Assembly (NCBI GenBank): GCA_019689775.1
Contig: JADGGV010000001.1
Span: forward strand, 1-49,545
Origin: Gemmatimonadota bacterium
GTDB taxonomy: Bacteria; Gemmatimonadota; Gemmatimonadetes; Longimicrobiales; RSA9
Reading direction: 5' to 3'
Length of the DNA stretch: 49,545 bases
Below are positions 1-10,093 of this stretch, piece after piece; the stretch's first letter is position 1, and the number at the start of each line of letters is the position of its first letter. Position numbers and translations under genes: made by a program. A model generated the notes under the pieces. The model did not search any database and was not told where the DNA came from. It was given only the letters and a program-made list of their open reading frames with translations.

Positions 1-1
1 G

Positions 2-274
2 CTGTCGGGCGGGCAGCGCCAGCGGGTGGCGATCGCGCGGGCGCTGGTCAACGACCCGGCGCTGCTGCTGGCGGACGAGCCCACGGGCAACCTCGACAGT
101 CAGACGGGCGACGAGATCATGGCGCTCTTCGACGAGCTGCACCGCTCCGGGCAGACGATCGTATTGGTGACGCACGAGCCCGACATCGCCGCCCGCGCGC
201 ACCGCGTCGTCACGTTGCGCGACGGCCGCATCGCGTCGGACGTCCTCCAGTCCACGATGGCGGTCGGCGTCTGA
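2..274 (+). CDS. ABC transporter ATP-binding protein, C-terminal fragment (MacB/LolD type); 5' end lies outside the window
   Basis: Frame 2 reads from the window edge as [32 protein letters not shown] (ABC signature plus Walker B), followed by the VTHE H-loop. The stop is at 272-274. Confidence 0.9.
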   Translation: MSGGQRQRVAIARALVNDPALLLADEPTGNLDSQTGDEIMALFDELHRSGQTIVLVTHEPDIAARAHRVVTLRDGRIASDVLQSTMAVGV

Positions 275-284
275 GCGATCGACC

Positions 285-1526
<1,242 letters not shown>

Positions 1527-1529
1527 CCG

Positions 1530-2765
1530 ATGCGGCTCGAAAGCCTCCACGAGGGCGCGGTTCTCGCCTTCGACCAGCTCCGCGCGAACAAGACCCGCTC
1601 CGCGCTGACGATCCTCGGGATCGTCGTCGGTGTCGCCACGGTCATGGCGATGAGCGCCGTGATCGCCGGCGTGCGCTCCGGGATCCTGAGCGGGATCGAG
1701 GCCGCCGGGCCGAAGAACTTCCTCGTCGCCCGGTGGAACTTCAATGGGGTCCGCATCGTCAGCGACGGTGGTCCGCCATGGGGTCGCAACCCGCCGATCA
1801 CGCTCGAGGAGGTCGACCGGATCTCGCGGCTGCCGCTGATCGAGGCCGCGATCCCGGGCGTGGACACCAACGGGGACTTCGAGTACGGCGGCCAGCGCGT
1901 GAGCAACGTGCAGGTGGCCGGCCGGGGCGCCGGGTGGAGCGCGTTCCAGACCGGAGCCATCGTCGCGGGCCACGACTTCCTTCCGAGCGACGTCTCCGCG
2001 GCGCACGCCGTCGCGGTGATCAGCCGCAAGCTCGCCGACGACCTGTTCGGCCCGATCGACCCGATCGGCCGCGCCGTGCGCGTCAACGGCCAGAGCTTCA
2101 CCGTGGTCGGCGTCTTCGAGGCGTCGGAGAACATCTTCGCGAACGTCGTCAAGCACGTCGCGATCGTGCCCTACACGGCGGCGATCAAGTACCTGCGCGC
2201 GAGCACCGAAATGATGACCGTCTTCACGGTGACCGCGCCCGACGCGTCGCAGGACGAGGCGATGGATCAGGTGATCTCGACGCTCCGGACGATGCGTGGG
2301 CTGCGCGCGGGCGAGCCGAACGACTTCGCGCTGATCCGGCAGGAGGAGATGGTCCAGACGTTCAACAGGATCACGGGGATTTTCTTCGTCGTGATGATCG
2401 CGCTGTCTTCCGTGGGGTTGATGGTCGGCGGCGTCGGCGTCGTCGCGATCATGATGATCGCGGTGACCGAGCGGACGCGGGAGATCGGGATCCGCAAGGC
2501 GCTCGGCGCCACGCAACGTGAGATCCTCTGGCAGTTCCTCATCGAGGCGGTCACGGTCACGCTGATCGGCGCGGCGCTCGGGATGGCGCTGGGCGGCGCG
2601 GGGGCGTTCCTCGTCGCCGCATTGACGCCCGTTCCGGCGAAGGTGCCGTTCATGGCCGTGGTCGCGGCGCTCGGCATGGCCACCGTGGCCGGCGTGCTGT
2701 TCGGGCTCTGGCCGGCCTGGCGCGCCGCCCGCCTGGATCCGGTCGTCGCGCTGAGGTACGAATGA
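1530..2765 (+). CDS. ABC transporter permease, MacB/FtsX family (paralogue of the preceding gene)
   Basis: 411 aa with the same architecture and motifs (VTERTREIGIRKALGATQREI ... LDPVVALRYE). It starts 3 nt after the previous stop. Confidence 0.88.
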   Translation: MRLESLHEGAVLAFDQLRANKTRSALTILGIVVGVATVMAMSAVIAGVRSGILSGIEAAGPKNFLVARWNFNGVRIVSDGGPPWGRNPPITLEEVDRISRLPLIEAAIPGVDTNGDFEYGGQRVSNVQVAGRGAGWSAFQTGAIVAGHDFLPSDVSAAHAVAVISRKLADDLFGPIDPIGRAVRVNGQSFTVVGVFEASENIFANVVKHVAIVPYTAAIKYLRASTEMMTVFTVTAPDASQDEAMDQVISTLRTMRGLRAGEPNDFALIRQEEMVQTFNRITGIFFVVMIALSSVGLMVGGVGVVAIMMIAVTERTREIGIRKALGATQREILWQFLIEAVTVTLIGAALGMALGGAGAFLVAALTPVPAKVPFMAVVAALGMATVAGVLFGLWPAWRAARLDPVVALRYE

Positions 2766-3508
2766 TGGACCGCCAGCCGGGCGACGGCGTCACCGTCGAT
2801 CTCCTCGCCATCATGGCGCACCCGGACGACGCGGAGTTGCTCTGCGGCGGCACGTTGGCCCGGGCGGCCGATCAGGGCTACCGCGTCGGCGTGCTCGACC
2901 TCACGGGCGGCGAAGCCGGAACCTGGGGGAGTGCCGAGGAGCGGACGCGCGAGGCGGAGCGCGCCGCCGCGATCCTCGGGCTGAGCGTGCGCCGCAACGC
3001 GGGGCTGCCCGACGGCGCGCTCGTGAACTCGCCCGAGGCGCGCGCGGTCGTCGCGGCGCATCTGCGCCGCCTTCGCCCGAGAACCGTGATCCTGCACTGG
3101 AAGGAGGGCCGCCACCCGGACCATCGGGTCGCGTCCCAGCTCGGCTACGACGCCTGCTTCGTCGCCGGGCTGCGCCGCGCGCCGATCGACGGCGAGCCGC
3201 ACCGGCCGAGCAAGGTGCTCTATGCGCTGGCGTACCGGGAAGATGTCGTGAAGCCGTCGTTCGTCGTCGACATCACGGCGCAGATCGACCGGAAGCTGGA
3301 CGCGATCTTCGCCTTCGGCACGCAGTTCGAGGGGAAGACGGCGATGGGGGAGGTCTTCGGCGGGGGGGACCGCCCGCTCCGCGAGCAGCTCCTCGCGCAC
3401 GCGGCGCACTACGGCGCGCTGATCCGTCGACCGTACGGCGAGCCGTTCTGGACGCCGGAGACGCTGCGGGTCGACGACGTCGTCTCGCTGGACGTCCGTA
3501 GCATCTGA
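2762..3508 (+). CDS. PIG-L family deacetylase, BshB1-like
   Basis: The N-terminus reads DLLAIMAHPDDAELLCGGTLARAADQGYRVGVLDLTGGEAGTWGS...EAERAAAILG, the typical PIG-L/LmbE zinc-deacetylase pattern (AHPDD). Its ATG overlaps the upstream permease stop (ATGATG). Confidence 0.75.
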   Translation: MMDRQPGDGVTVDLLAIMAHPDDAELLCGGTLARAADQGYRVGVLDLTGGEAGTWGSAEERTREAERAAAILGLSVRRNAGLPDGALVNSPEARAVVAAHLRRLRPRTVILHWKEGRHPDHRVASQLGYDACFVAGLRRAPIDGEPHRPSKVLYALAYREDVVKPSFVVDITAQIDRKLDAIFAFGTQFEGKTAMGEVFGGGDRPLREQLLAHAAHYGALIRRPYGEPFWTPETLRVDDVVSLDVRSI

Positions 3509-3551
3509 GCGGCGCCGGGCGCGGCCCCGGACGCTCTCGGCGCCGGCGCAG

Positions 3552-3890
3552 CTACTGTACGCAGTCCACCTCGATCACGAGGCGTCGCCAGCTCGGCACC
3601 TCGCTGCCGCCCACCTTCACCGCGCGCGCTCGCGCCCGCCCGCCCCGGAGCATCCACGGCGCCAACCACCGCTCGATCTCGGGCGGCAGATGCCCGACCA
3701 GGTCGCCGCCGACACGGTGCACCCAGACGCCAGGGTCGTCCTCCGTCGGCAGGCCGGGGACCAGGACCAGCTCCTCCCCGACGGACAGCGCCTCGACGAC
3801 GGCCGTGCGGGCGCCGAACACCGTCCCGTGCACCGTGGCACGGAAGCTCGGCGGCTGGTGTTCCGGGAACGGCGGCGGGCTCGGCTGCAT
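3552..3890 (-). CDS. Small HIRAN-like domain protein (hypothetical)
   Basis: 112 aa. The pattern VHGTVFG...LSVGEELVLVPGLPTEDDPGVWVHRVGGDLVGHLPPEIERWLAPWM resembles the HIRAN fold consensus. The codon third positions look GC-rich. The assignment was made by eye only. Confidence 0.45.
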   Translation of the reverse strand: MQPSPPPFPEHQPPSFRATVHGTVFGARTAVVEALSVGEELVLVPGLPTEDDPGVWVHRVGGDLVGHLPPEIERWLAPWMLRGGRARARAVKVGGSEVPSWRRLVIEVDCVQ

Positions 3891-4036
3891 CGACTCCGTC
3901 GCGGGTAGGACGTTGCTGGGATCGCCACGTATCTTACCGCGGTTCGGAGGCTGGAGCCATGGTTTCGTCGCCGGGGCGCGGCTCTGCGCACGCGGCGGCG
4001 CCCGCGGGGTACGACGGGATCGACCCGGAGGTGAGG

Positions 4037-5188
4037 ATGGATGCGATCTATCTCGATCACGCCGCGACGACGCCCGTGCGCCCCGAGGTGCGTGCGGCGA
4101 TGGAACCGTACCTGGGCCCGCGCTTCGGCAACCCGTCGAGCACGCACCGGTGGGGCCGCGAGGCGCGCGCCGCGCTGGAGGACGCCCGCGAGCGCCTGGC
4201 GGCAGCGATCGGCGCGCGGCGCGGGGAGATCGTCTTCACGAGCGGCGGGACGGAGGCGGACAACCTGGCCGTGCTTGGGCGTTGGCGGGCGGTCGGCCTT
4301 GGGCGCGGCGGCGCCGTCGCCTGCTCGGCGATCGAGCACAAGGCCGTGCTCGGCGCGGCGCACGCGGCGGCCGCGGAGGGCGCCGAGGAGATCCTTCTCG
4401 CCGTCGACGGCGATGGGCGCCTCGACCTCGGCGCGCTCGACGAGGCACTGCGCGCGCGGCCGGCCGTCGTCGCCGTCATGTGGGCGAACAACGAGGTCGG
4501 CACGCTCCAGCCGGTGGCGGAGGTCGCGGCGCGCTGCCGTGAAGCCGGCGTCGTGTTCCACGCCGATGCGATCCATGCCTTCGGCAAGGTCCGCGTCCGG
4601 GTGGACGAGGTACCGTGCGACCTGCTTGCGCTGAGCGGCCACAAGATCGGCGCCCCGAAGGGGATCGGCGCACTCTACGTGCGCAGCGGCGTGGAGCTGC
4701 AGCCGCTCGTCCACGGCGGCTCGCAGGAGCGCGCGCTCCGGCCGGGCACGGAGAACGTCGCCCTGGCCGTCGGGCTCGCGGTAGCCGCGGAGCTGGCGGC
4801 GCGCGAGCAGGAAGACGAGGGGCGTCGCCTGGCCTTGCTGCGCGACCGGCTCGAGGCCCGGCTGTCGGCGGCAATCCCCGGGCTGGTCGTGAACGGCGCC
4901 GGGGCGGCGCGCGTGCCGCAGACGTCGAACGTGTCGATCCCGGGCGTCGAGCAGGACGCGCTCCTCATGGCGCTCGACCTGGAGGGGATCGCGGCCTCGG
5001 GCGGCTCGGCGTGCCAGAGCGGCACGATCGAGCCGAGCCATGTGCTCGTCGCCATGGGACGCGCATCCGCCGACGAGGCCGCCGTCCGGCTGTCGCTCGG
5101 CCGGACGACGACCGACGGCGAGATCGACGCGGCCGCCGAGCGCATTCCGCGGATCGTGGAGCGGATCCGCGCGCTGGAGGCGCGGTAG
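4037..5188 (+). CDS. iscS: Cysteine desulfurase (class V aminotransferase, IscS/NifS type)
   Basis: Motifs seen are IYLDHAATTPV, the PLP-lysine motif SGHKIGAPKGIGALYVR and the active-site Cys loop SGGSACQSG. The tracked ORF starts at 3959, but the homologous region begins at the in-frame ATG at 4037. Confidence 0.88.
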   Translation: MDAIYLDHAATTPVRPEVRAAMEPYLGPRFGNPSSTHRWGREARAALEDARERLAAAIGARRGEIVFTSGGTEADNLAVLGRWRAVGLGRGGAVACSAIEHKAVLGAAHAAAAEGAEEILLAVDGDGRLDLGALDEALRARPAVVAVMWANNEVGTLQPVAEVAARCREAGVVFHADAIHAFGKVRVRVDEVPCDLLALSGHKIGAPKGIGALYVRSGVELQPLVHGGSQERALRPGTENVALAVGLAVAAELAAREQEDEGRRLALLRDRLEARLSAAIPGLVVNGAGAARVPQTSNVSIPGVEQDALLMALDLEGIAASGGSACQSGTIEPSHVLVAMGRASADEAAVRLSLGRTTTDGEIDAAAERIPRIVERIRALEAR

Positions 5189-5192
5189 GCCA

Positions 5193-5221
5193 CCGTTCCG
5201 TCCGCGGCGCGGACGGAACGG
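5193..5221 (+). promoter_or_regulatory. Perfect 13-bp stem-loop in the iscS-mnmA intergenic spacer
   Basis: The sequence is ccgttccgtccgc-ggc-gcggacggaacgg. It starts 5 nt after the iscS stop and has no downstream T-run. Confidence 0.5.
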
Positions 5222-5246
5222 ACACCTTGGATCGAAGGACAGAACT

Positions 5247-6344
5247 GTGGTGGAGAGCGGGAAGAAGACCGTGCTCGTCGCCATGTCCGGCGGCGTCGAC
5301 TCATCCGTCGCCGCGGCGCTTCTCGTCGAGCAGGGGCATCGCGTCATCGGCGCGACGATGAAGACCTTCTGCTACTCGGCGACGCCGGCGTCGGCTAAGA
5401 CGTGCTGCGGCCTGGATGGGATCCAGGATGCCCGCCGCGTCGCCGACCGGCTCGGCATCCCGCACTACGTCTTCGACATGGAGGAGGCGTTCACGCGGGA
5501 CGTCATCGACGACTTCGTCGCCGAGTACGCGGCCGGCCGCACGCCGAACCCGTGCGTCCGGTGCAACTCGAACACGAAGATCCCGGACCTGCTGAGAAAG
5601 GGCCGCCTGCTGGGCGCGGACGCGATCGCGACCGGGCATTACGCGCGCACCATCGTCGGCGACGACGGCCGTGTCCGACTCCTGCGCGGCGTGGACGAGC
5701 GCAAGGACCAGAGCTACTTCCTCTGGGGCATCCCACGCGACGTGCTCCCCCATCTCCTGTTCCCGGTCGGGGAGCTGACGAAGCCCGAGGTCCGCGAACG
5801 GGCTCGCGCCCTCGGCCTCGCCACGGCGGAGAAGCCGGAATCGCAGGAGATCTGCTTCGTCCCGTCGGGCGACTACACGGAGTTCCTGGCGCAGCGGCTC
5901 GGCGCCGACCATCCCTCGCTGCGCCCCGGGGCGCTCGTCACGACCACCGGCGAGGTGATCGGCCAGCACGGCGGCTACGCGCGCTTCACCGTCGGCCAGC
6001 GGAAAGGCCTGGGCGGCGGATTCTCGCGGCCGCTGTACGTCCTGGGCGTCCGCCCGGCGACGAACGAGGTGGTGGTGGGGTCGGCGGCCGAGCTCGAGCA
6101 GCGCGAGATCCGCATCGGCGAGCCGAATTGGCTGGACGACGCGCCCACGGTCGGCGAGCGGGTCCTCGTGAGAATCCGGCATCGCGCCGAGCGCGCGCCG
6201 GCGACCGTGGCCGAGATCTCCGACGCCGAGTTGCGGCTCGTCCTCGACCAGCCGCAGCGCGCCGTGACGCCGGGCCAGTCCGGTGTGGTCTATCGCGGCG
6301 ACGTGCTCGTCGGCGGCGGTCGGATCCGCGGCCTCGAGGCGTGA
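5247..6344 (+). CDS. mnmA: tRNA 2-thiouridine(34) synthase MnmA
   Basis: The PP-loop VLVAMSGGVDSSVAAALL, the motif TPNPCVRCN and DQSYFLW are all present. The tracked ORF starts at 5040 inside iscS. The real start is probably the GTG at 5247 or 5250, just ahead of VESGKKTVLVAMSGG. Confidence 0.9.
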   Translation: MVESGKKTVLVAMSGGVDSSVAAALLVEQGHRVIGATMKTFCYSATPASAKTCCGLDGIQDARRVADRLGIPHYVFDMEEAFTRDVIDDFVAEYAAGRTPNPCVRCNSNTKIPDLLRKGRLLGADAIATGHYARTIVGDDGRVRLLRGVDERKDQSYFLWGIPRDVLPHLLFPVGELTKPEVRERARALGLATAEKPESQEICFVPSGDYTEFLAQRLGADHPSLRPGALVTTTGEVIGQHGGYARFTVGQRKGLGGGFSRPLYVLGVRPATNEVVVGSAAELEQREIRIGEPNWLDDAPTVGERVLVRIRHRAERAPATVAEISDAELRLVLDQPQRAVTPGQSGVVYRGDVLVGGGRIRGLEA

Positions 6345-6353
6345 GGGCGCGCC

Positions 6354-6587
6354 TCAGGAGAGCGGGCGCGCCTTCTCGAGTAGCTCCTGAAGCTCCCGCT
6401 CCGAGAGACTATTCAGCGCCCGCTCCGCCTCCGGCTCCGAGCCCGGCATCTCGACGTAGCGCGGGCGGAGCTGCCGGTCCGTGAGGCAGTTGAAGACGAC
6501 GTTCGGGCCGTCCGGGAAGCCGAACGCGCCCGTGGAGGCGAACGCCTCCCACAGATAGAAGTTCTCGTCCTGAAACGTCCGACTCAT
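6354..6587 (-). CDS. Hypothetical small protein (77 aa)
   Basis: This is the C-terminal 77 codons of the tracked ORF 6354-7286, starting at MSRTFQDENFYLWEAF. The codon third positions are strongly G/C. It is convergent with mnmA. I do not recognise a family. Confidence 0.55.
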   Translation of the reverse strand: MSRTFQDENFYLWEAFASTGAFGFPDGPNVVFNCLTDRQLRPRYVEMPGSEPEAERALNSLSERELQELLEKARPLS

Positions 6588-6659
6588 GGTTCGCGGTCGT
6601 TCGTTCGCCGTCGACCCCGGCCGCCCGCATGGCCCCGTCGCCCCGGGGCGGCGCGGCGG

Positions 6660-6697
6660 AAAAATGGGGGCTCGCGGCCGGAGCGGCCAGTCCACCC
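6660..6697 (-). terminator. Possible intrinsic terminator downstream of the PPOX-family gene
   Basis: The minus strand reads gggtgg-act-ggccg-ctc-cggcc-gcgag-ccccc-a-ttttt. A nested GC stem is followed by a T5 run. Confidence 0.4.
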
Positions 6698-6730
6698 GCC
6701 GCCGCGCGACGACGAACGGTCCCCGCCGCG

Positions 6731-7225
6731 TCAATCGTGGCCGCGCCCCGCGAGCTCCGTCACGGTGACGCGGAGCAGACGGTTCTCCCCCAACCCTGCC
6801 GCCCCGACGGAGCCGCGCGTCGGGGCGCCCGGGTACTGGCGACGGATCACGTCCAGCGCGCGGCAGATCGCGTCCTCGCCCTCGACCCACGACGCCACCC
6901 CCGTCGCCACCACGGACCGCCATCGCTTGCCGAGGTCCTTGACCTCGAGGATAGTCACACAGACCCGCGGGTTCGCCTCGATGTTGCGGACCTTCCGGCC
7001 GGGGGAGAGGACCGCGTAGAACGCGCCGTCCTCGAACCCGTAGACGAGGGGCACGGCGTAGGGCTGCCCGGCCGCCGCCGTCGAGAGGATCGCGCAGAAG
7101 TTGCGCGCCACCACCGCCGCCACCTCCGCATCGGTCAGGACGCGGGCCGCCCGTCGCCCCCCGCGCTCCGCGGGGGCGCCTCCGTCCGATGCCGCGGGCG
7201 TGCTTCGCCCGGTCGCCGTGGCCAT
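6731..7225 (-). CDS. Pyridoxamine 5'-phosphate oxidase (PPOX) family FMN/F420-binding protein
   Basis: 164 aa. The stretch AILSTAAAGQPYAVPLVYGFEDGAFYAVLSPGRKVRNIEANPRVCV is a typical PPOX split-barrel pattern. GAGGAG lies 7 nt upstream of the ATG. Confidence 0.75.
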   Translation of the reverse strand: MATATGRSTPAASDGGAPAERGGRRAARVLTDAEVAAVVARNFCAILSTAAAGQPYAVPLVYGFEDGAFYAVLSPGRKVRNIEANPRVCVTILEVKDLGKRWRSVVATGVASWVEGEDAICRALDVIRRQYPGAPTRGSVGAAGLGENRLLRVTVTELAGRGHD

Positions 7226-7302
7226 CTCGCCGCTCCTCGTTCTGCGCCGTCACGAAACACGGAGTCGCTGCTCCGCTCGCCATCACGCTAGAACGAGCGA
7301 AC

Positions 7303-7326
7303 GGCGGCGTCTGTAGGGGCGCCGCC
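7303..7326 (-). terminator. Possible terminator hairpin downstream of dnaJ
   Basis: The element is ggcggcg-N10-cgccgcc. On the minus strand it is followed by the T-rich gttcgctcgttct. It lies 58 nt after the dnaJ stop. Confidence 0.35.
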
Positions 7327-7383
7327 GATTCTTCGTCGCGCCGTGTAGGGAATCCCCCGACCGCCGCGACGCGGCGCCGCGGC

Positions 7384-8508
7384 TCAGTACTTCAGGTTGG
7401 CGGCCTTCGCGAATTCCCGCACGAGTCGCTCCTGGTCCGCGGACAGCTCGGACGGCACCGTGATCTTCACCTGCACGTACTGGTCGCCGCGCCGGCCGGA
7501 CTTCTCGATCCCCTGCGAGGGGATCCGGAACCGCGTCCCGGACTGCGTCCCGGCGGGGATCTTCAGCGCCACCTTCTTCCCGTCCACCGTGCGCACCCGG
7601 ATCCGGGAGCCCAGCATCGCCTGCGCGACGTTGATCGGCACCGTGCAGTAGACATCCAGGCCTTCGCGCCGGAAGAACGGGTCCGGCTTCACGCGGAAGT
7701 TCACGATGAGATCGCCCGGCGCCCCACCGTTCACGCCCCGCTCCCCCTGCCCCGACAGGCGCAGCTTCGAGCCCGTGTCCACGCCCGCCGGCACCGTCAA
7801 CATGATCTGCCGCTGCTCCCGGACGTGCCCGGTCCCGCCACACGTCGGACATGGCCTCGTCGGCACCGTCCCACGGCCGAGGCACACCGGGCATGGCCGG
7901 CTCACGGCGAAGCTGCCCTGGCCGAACGAGATCTGCCCGCTGCCGCCGCACTCGTGGCACGTCTGCGGTTTCGTCCCCGGCGCGTTCCCGGACCCGCCGC
8001 ACGTCGCGCACTCCTCGGTCACCGGCACGGTGATGGGCACCTTCCCGCCACGCGCGGCCATCGCGAACGGGATCTCGACCACGAACTCGACGTCCTGCCC
8101 GCGCTGCGGGCCCGTCCGCGTCCGCCCTCGCCGCCGCCCGCCGAGATCGAAGATCGAGCTGAAGATGTCCCCCAGCCCGCCCACGTCGCCGAGATCCTCG
8201 AACGAGAAGCGGACATGCTCGGCCCCCGGAGCCCCGCCAGGCCGGCGCGCGCCACCGCCGAAGCCCCCGAAGCCCGCGAACGGGTCCTTCCGCACCTGGT
8301 CGTACTGCCGGCGCTTCTCCGCGTCCGAGAGGACCGCGTACGCCTCGCCGACTTCCTTGAAGCGCTCGGCCGCCTGGGGGTTGTTCGGGTTCGCGTCCGG
8401 ATGGTACTGCTTCGCGAGACGCCGATACGCCTTCTTGATCTCGTCCGGGGTCGCGGTCTCCGCGACGCCGAGGATCTGGTAGTAGTCCTTCGTGCCGGCC
8501 GCGGGCAT
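7384..8508 (-). CDS. dnaJ: Molecular chaperone DnaJ
   Basis: The J domain reads DYYQILGV...[16 protein letters not shown]-rich linker follows, then four CxxCxGxG zinc-finger repeats ([32 protein letters not shown]). Confidence 0.95.
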   Translation of the reverse strand: MPAAGTKDYYQILGVAETATPDEIKKAYRRLAKQYHPDANPNNPQAAERFKEVGEAYAVLSDAEKRRQYDQVRKDPFAGFGGFGGGARRPGGAPGAEHVRFSFEDLGDVGGLGDIFSSIFDLGGRRRGRTRTGPQRGQDVEFVVEIPFAMAARGGKVPITVPVTEECATCGGSGNAPGTKPQTCHECGGSGQISFGQGSFAVSRPCPVCLGRGTVPTRPCPTCGGTGHVREQRQIMLTVPAGVDTGSKLRLSGQGERGVNGGAPGDLIVNFRVKPDPFFRREGLDVYCTVPINVAQAMLGSRIRVRTVDGKKVALKIPAGTQSGTRFRIPSQGIEKSGRRGDQYVQVKITVPSELSADQERLVREFAKAANLKY

Positions 8509-8515
8509 GGTCCCC

Positions 8516-9127
8516 TCAGCCCTCGTACTTCTTCACCCGCACGCGCGCGGGCCGCACCAGCGTGTTCCCGAACCGGTACCCCTTCTGTAGCACTTCCGCC
8601 ACGACCTCGTCCTCCTCCGGGTGCTCCGCCGGAACCGTCATCAGCGCTTCCATCGTCGCCGGATTGAAGAACTCACCCTCCGCATCGATCGGCTCCAACC
8701 CCGCCGACTCGAGAACGTGGCGCAGCTTCTTTTCCACCAGCCCCACGCCGTCGATCAGCGCCTGCGCACTCGTCGCCTCGGCGTTGTAATGCGCCACCCG
8801 CTGAAGGTCGTCCAGCACGTCCAGCAGGCGCTTCACCAGCTCCGCCTGCGCCCGCGTGTGCAGCTCCATCCGCTCGCGGTCGATCCGCCGGCGATAGTTG
8901 TCGAACTCCGCCGCCAGCCGGAGGTGCCGGTCGTGCAGGGCCTGAAGCTCCGCCTGGAGGTGCTCCAGCTCGGCCGTCATGTCGTCCGGCGCGGACGCCG
9001 CCGGCGCGGCCTCGCCCGCCGCCTCCGCCGCCCCTCCCGACGCTTCCGCCGCCGCGCCGGCCGGCTCCGAGCTCTCCGCTTCCGCCATAGGCCGCTCCTC
9101 ACCCGGTAGATCCTGATCGCGCTCCAT
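8516..9127 (-). CDS. grpE: Nucleotide exchange factor GrpE
   Basis: [16 protein letters not shown] and the C-terminal [18 protein letters not shown] are present. The tracked ORF extends to 9217, but I prefer the ATG at 9127 (MERDQDLPG). Confidence 0.9.
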   Translation of the reverse strand: MERDQDLPGEERPMAEAESSEPAGAAAEASGGAAEAAGEAAPAASAPDDMTAELEHLQAELQALHDRHLRLAAEFDNYRRRIDRERMELHTRAQAELVKRLLDVLDDLQRVAHYNAEATSAQALIDGVGLVEKKLRHVLESAGLEPIDAEGEFFNPATMEALMTVPAEHPEEDEVVAEVLQKGYRFGNTLVRPARVRVKKYEG

Positions 9128-9148
9128 GACCCAATCCCGACATGAAAT

Positions 9149-9166
9149 GCGGGGCCATGGCCCCGC
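9149..9166. promoter_or_regulatory. Perfect 18-nt GC palindrome in the grpE leader
   Basis: The sequence gcggggccatggccccgc equals its own reverse complement. It lies about 22 nt upstream of the proposed grpE ATG. Confidence 0.4.
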
Positions 9167-9221
9167 GGTGTGAATGTTACCGGTTTGTACCCCCGTCGGT
9201 TGCAATCGGCACGCCACCCGT

Positions 9222-9240
9222 GGCTGCCGTTTCGGCAGCC
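9222..9240 (-). terminator. Stem-loop immediately after the alpha/beta-hydrolase stop
   Basis: The element is ggctgccg-aaa-cggcagcc, an 8-bp stem, with no T-run. It could be a terminator or attenuator between the hydrolase gene and grpE. Confidence 0.3.
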
Positions 9241-9241
9241 G

Positions 9242-10093
9242 TCAGCGCAGGTGCTTCGCGAGCCAATCCCGGAGCTCGACGCGGACCGCGTGGCGGTCCA
9301 CCTCGTTCAGCACCTCGTGGTACCGGCCCGGGTAGACGCGCACCGTGACCGCGTGCGCGGCCAGGGACCGAGCGAACGCGAGCGAGCGCCCGGTGTCGAC
9401 GACCCGGTCGTCGCCGGCGAGCAGGAAGAGCAGCGGCACGCGGAGGCGCTCCGCCCGCTGGACGACGAGGTCCATCGCGTTCGACACCTCGGTGAAGAGG
9501 CGCGGTGTGATGGTATCGTGGACGAGCGGGTCGGAGTCGTAGGCGTCGACGATGACCTGGTCGTGGCTCAGGTCCCGCCCGCGCAGCCGCGTCGAGAACG
9601 GGAGCGCCGGAAGGAACCGGCTGGCGACCGCCGCGACGGCGGTCTTCCAGCGCGGCACCGGCATCGCCGTGCCAAGCCACGGGGAGATGATGACGGCGGC
9701 GCGGAACGGCGCGTCGTACTCCTCGAGGTAGCGGAGCGCCACGAGGCCGCCCAGGGAGTGCCCCACCAGGACGAGCGGGCAGCCGGGGTCGACGAGCCCC
9801 TGCACCTCGCGGCGGAACCGGTCGAGTTCCTGGAGCAGGATCTCGAAGCGGGGCACGTGGCCGCGGCGCCCCTCGGAGGAGCCGTGGCCGCGGAGGTCGA
9901 GCGCGTACGACGAGAACCCGTATGCGGCCATGGCGGCGGCGAACTCGTCGTAGCGCCCGCTGTGCTCGCCGAGGCCGTGCACGATGATGATGGCCGCCCG
10001 AGGGTTTGGCACCTCCCAGGTGCGGTAGTGGAGGCGGAGTCCGCCAACCCCCTGGACGTAGCCGTGGCCCTGCTCGAGGAATCCGGGGCTCAC
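9242..10093 (-). CDS. Alpha/beta hydrolase (lysophospholipase or monoacylglycerol-lipase like)
   Basis: The features are IIIVHGLGEHSGRY, the nucleophile elbow GHSLGG and the C-terminal YPGRYHEVLNE. Its GTG start overlaps the cinA stop (GTGA). Confidence 0.85.
   Translation of the reverse strand: MSPGFLEQGHGYVQGVGGLRLHYRTWEVPNPRAAIIIVHGLGEHSGRYDEFAAAMAAYGFSSYALDLRGHGSSEGRRGHVPRFEILLQELDRFRREVQGLVDPGCPLVLVGHSLGGLVALRYLEEYDAPFRAAVIISPWLGTAMPVPRWKTAVAAVASRFLPALPFSTRLRGRDLSHDQVIVDAYDSDPLVHDTITPRLFTEVSNAMDLVVQRAERLRVPLLFLLAGDDRVVDTGRSLAFARSLAAHAVTVRVYPGRYHEVLNEVDRHAVRVELRDWLAKHLR

Noticed and set aside
3509-3551. An inverted repeat GGCGCCG...CGGCGCC lies between the convergent BshB1-like and HIRAN-like genes and could be a terminator.
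   Set aside because: It is a 7-bp stem with a 20-nt loop and no flanking T/A runs, which is weak and common in GC-rich DNA.
9128-9241. I looked for CIRCE (HrcA) or HAIR (HspR) operators, or a sigma32-type promoter, upstream of grpE.
   Set aside because: There is no TTAGCACTC/GAGTGCTAA or CTTGAGT/ACTCAAG half-site, and no convincing CTTGAAA...CCCCAT pair. Only the GC palindrome, reported separately, is present.
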